Of a stretch of 64,000 bases of DNA, positions 62,429-64,000 are shown piece after piece. The notes under the pieces are model-generated. The model searched no databases. It saw nothing but the letters and a program-made list of their open reading frames with translations, and had not been told where the DNA came from. The DNA comes from Chiloscyllium plagiosum (lineage: Eukaryota). Where the stretch lies: contig NC_057711.1 in the NCBI RefSeq assembly GCF_004010195.1, positions 72,082,845 through 72,146,844 on the forward strand, in the 5' to 3' direction. Numbering within the stretch: position 1 is the first letter of the stretch; each line of letters opens with the position of its first letter. The position numbers and the translations under genes are program-made.

Positions 62429-64000
62429 AATGATCTGGTGTCATGGCCTCCACTGGTGGTCCTGGGGCAAGAAGAGGCCCCATTTGTGCAGCGCACATCC
62501 ACTACGAGTTTCAGGACCATGCTTGCAAAAGAGGTGGAGGGCCTAATTTAATTACCCTTGTGTGTCATGTCAGGGGTAAATGTCAGGAACTCCCAGTTGG
62601 CAGGGTTTATCCCATGCGCAATGACCTTATAAGTATTGTGTGTCGGTACCAGGGATGCCACTGAATGGAGGGTTGTGGGAACAGCGTACGTTAGATGTGA
62701 TGGAAATCGGACATGATACTCACATAAATGGCAAGAAAACTCAATCACCCTTACAGCAAGAATCAATCCACCAAACCCAACACGACTAGTGGTTTGCCAA
62801 AAAAATTGTAAGCTTCAGCCCTATGACTATGGAGTCTGAAATGTGAATCGAGCTTTCGTCCCCTTCAGCCATTCATTTCCATCAAGTCACATACATCATC
62901 TTTATTTATTTCACAAACCTTCATTGATCTTTGCCATGGAAATTTTGTTTAATCAAACATTACCGATGCTAAACTCGAAATAGAGCGTAATATCACAGAG
63001 CAAATAATGCTGCAAAGGTTGCCATCTGTGGAGAGAACAGCCAAATTAATATTTCAGGTGGGGACTCTTCATCAGAATGCTGACTTTTTTTCCGCCAGTG
63101 CTGTCTGACTGACTGGATTGTTTCCTACATCTTCTATTCCTGTTTAAAATTAAATTCTGTTGATTGTTAAAATGTTCAAGCCTGGTGTTTTATGTGGTTA
63201 TTGAAATCATCTACAATAATCAACATTCATTAGGAGAAATCTGCTGCTGGTTGGTGTGTGAGTACTTCATTGCAATGTCTCCACGCCCCCATCCCCCAAA
63301 GAAATTAGTTTTTTGGCTGCAGACTCTGAGCAATGGATAGCAATCACTGTTCTTTGTTCGAGGTCTTTTTATTGAGGCTAATGACTGGTCTTGTGCCGCT
63401 CCAAGATAAATGACACTATCTCTGAGTGGGCTGACAGGAAACAGACATGTTAATAGTGAAGCTGCAGGGAGGATCTTCCCCGTTCCTTGCAAAAGAAAAG
63501 GCAGGACCTCTAGTTGTGATCATTAGCGCATAATGCATTCCTGCTTTTCCCATGTGGGTCAAGGTAATTAGAAGCATAATGGTGTGTTTTCATATGGATG
63601 TCAAATCACAGCAATGACATTCTTAATTTCAATTTATCCTGAATCATTTTAGGAAAGATTTTTTTTCTCTGTGGTGGTCTACATCTCTTTGAAAAAGAAA
63701 ATATTTCAGGTCATTTTGTTCTCTACAGCTTGATGTGTTTTTCAAAAAGCAAAAATAATATTGTTAAGATAACACCCACTTTGGCGCAATGACTACTATT
63801 TGTATCACACATATATATGGGCTGGAAAGATTTGGACTTTGCAGTTTTTAAAAATAAACATATTCTGATTTTTTTTCAGGGTATCTGATATGTGTAGATC
63901 TCATTGTATAAACAATGAGAAATTAGAGTTTTGTGTTTTTCTCATATGTTTTCACTCTCAGTGGAATCTGTTACTTGTCAGTAGCAGAAGATGACCCTGA

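Noticed and set aside
61060..62560. Possible Harbinger/Myb-like transposon remnants (also ~34200-35000 and ~37400-38770)
   Set aside because: Only faint resemblance; no TIRs or readable ORF to support a call.

Overview
Eukaryotic genomic DNA from a cartilaginous fish (shark-like; inferred from many HE1-type SINEs and HER1/CR1 LINEs). The first ~52 kb contains no recognisable host gene and is dense in decayed retroelements: CR1/HER1 LINEs, HE1 SINEs, RTE fragments, a second SINE/LINE pair, Penelope-like elements and a few MITE-like remnants. The only host gene is ZNF608 on the + strand, with a promoter/5' UTR region at ~52.7-55.4 kb and its first coding exon at 55426-56361; the following intron runs off the window. 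The most striking structure is a set of roughly 20 Penelope pseudo-LTR remnants from at least three families. Many carry a minimal type I hammerhead ribozyme core (CUGAnGA-A-helix II-GAAA-palindromic tetranucleotide-UH) whose helices covary between families. Several are fold-back insertions with a ribozyme on both strands, 14-19 bp target-site duplications and a stereotyped asymmetric tail. One is a tandem dimer resembling a retrozyme. Family names come from recalled motifs, not database searches, and repeat boundaries are approximate.
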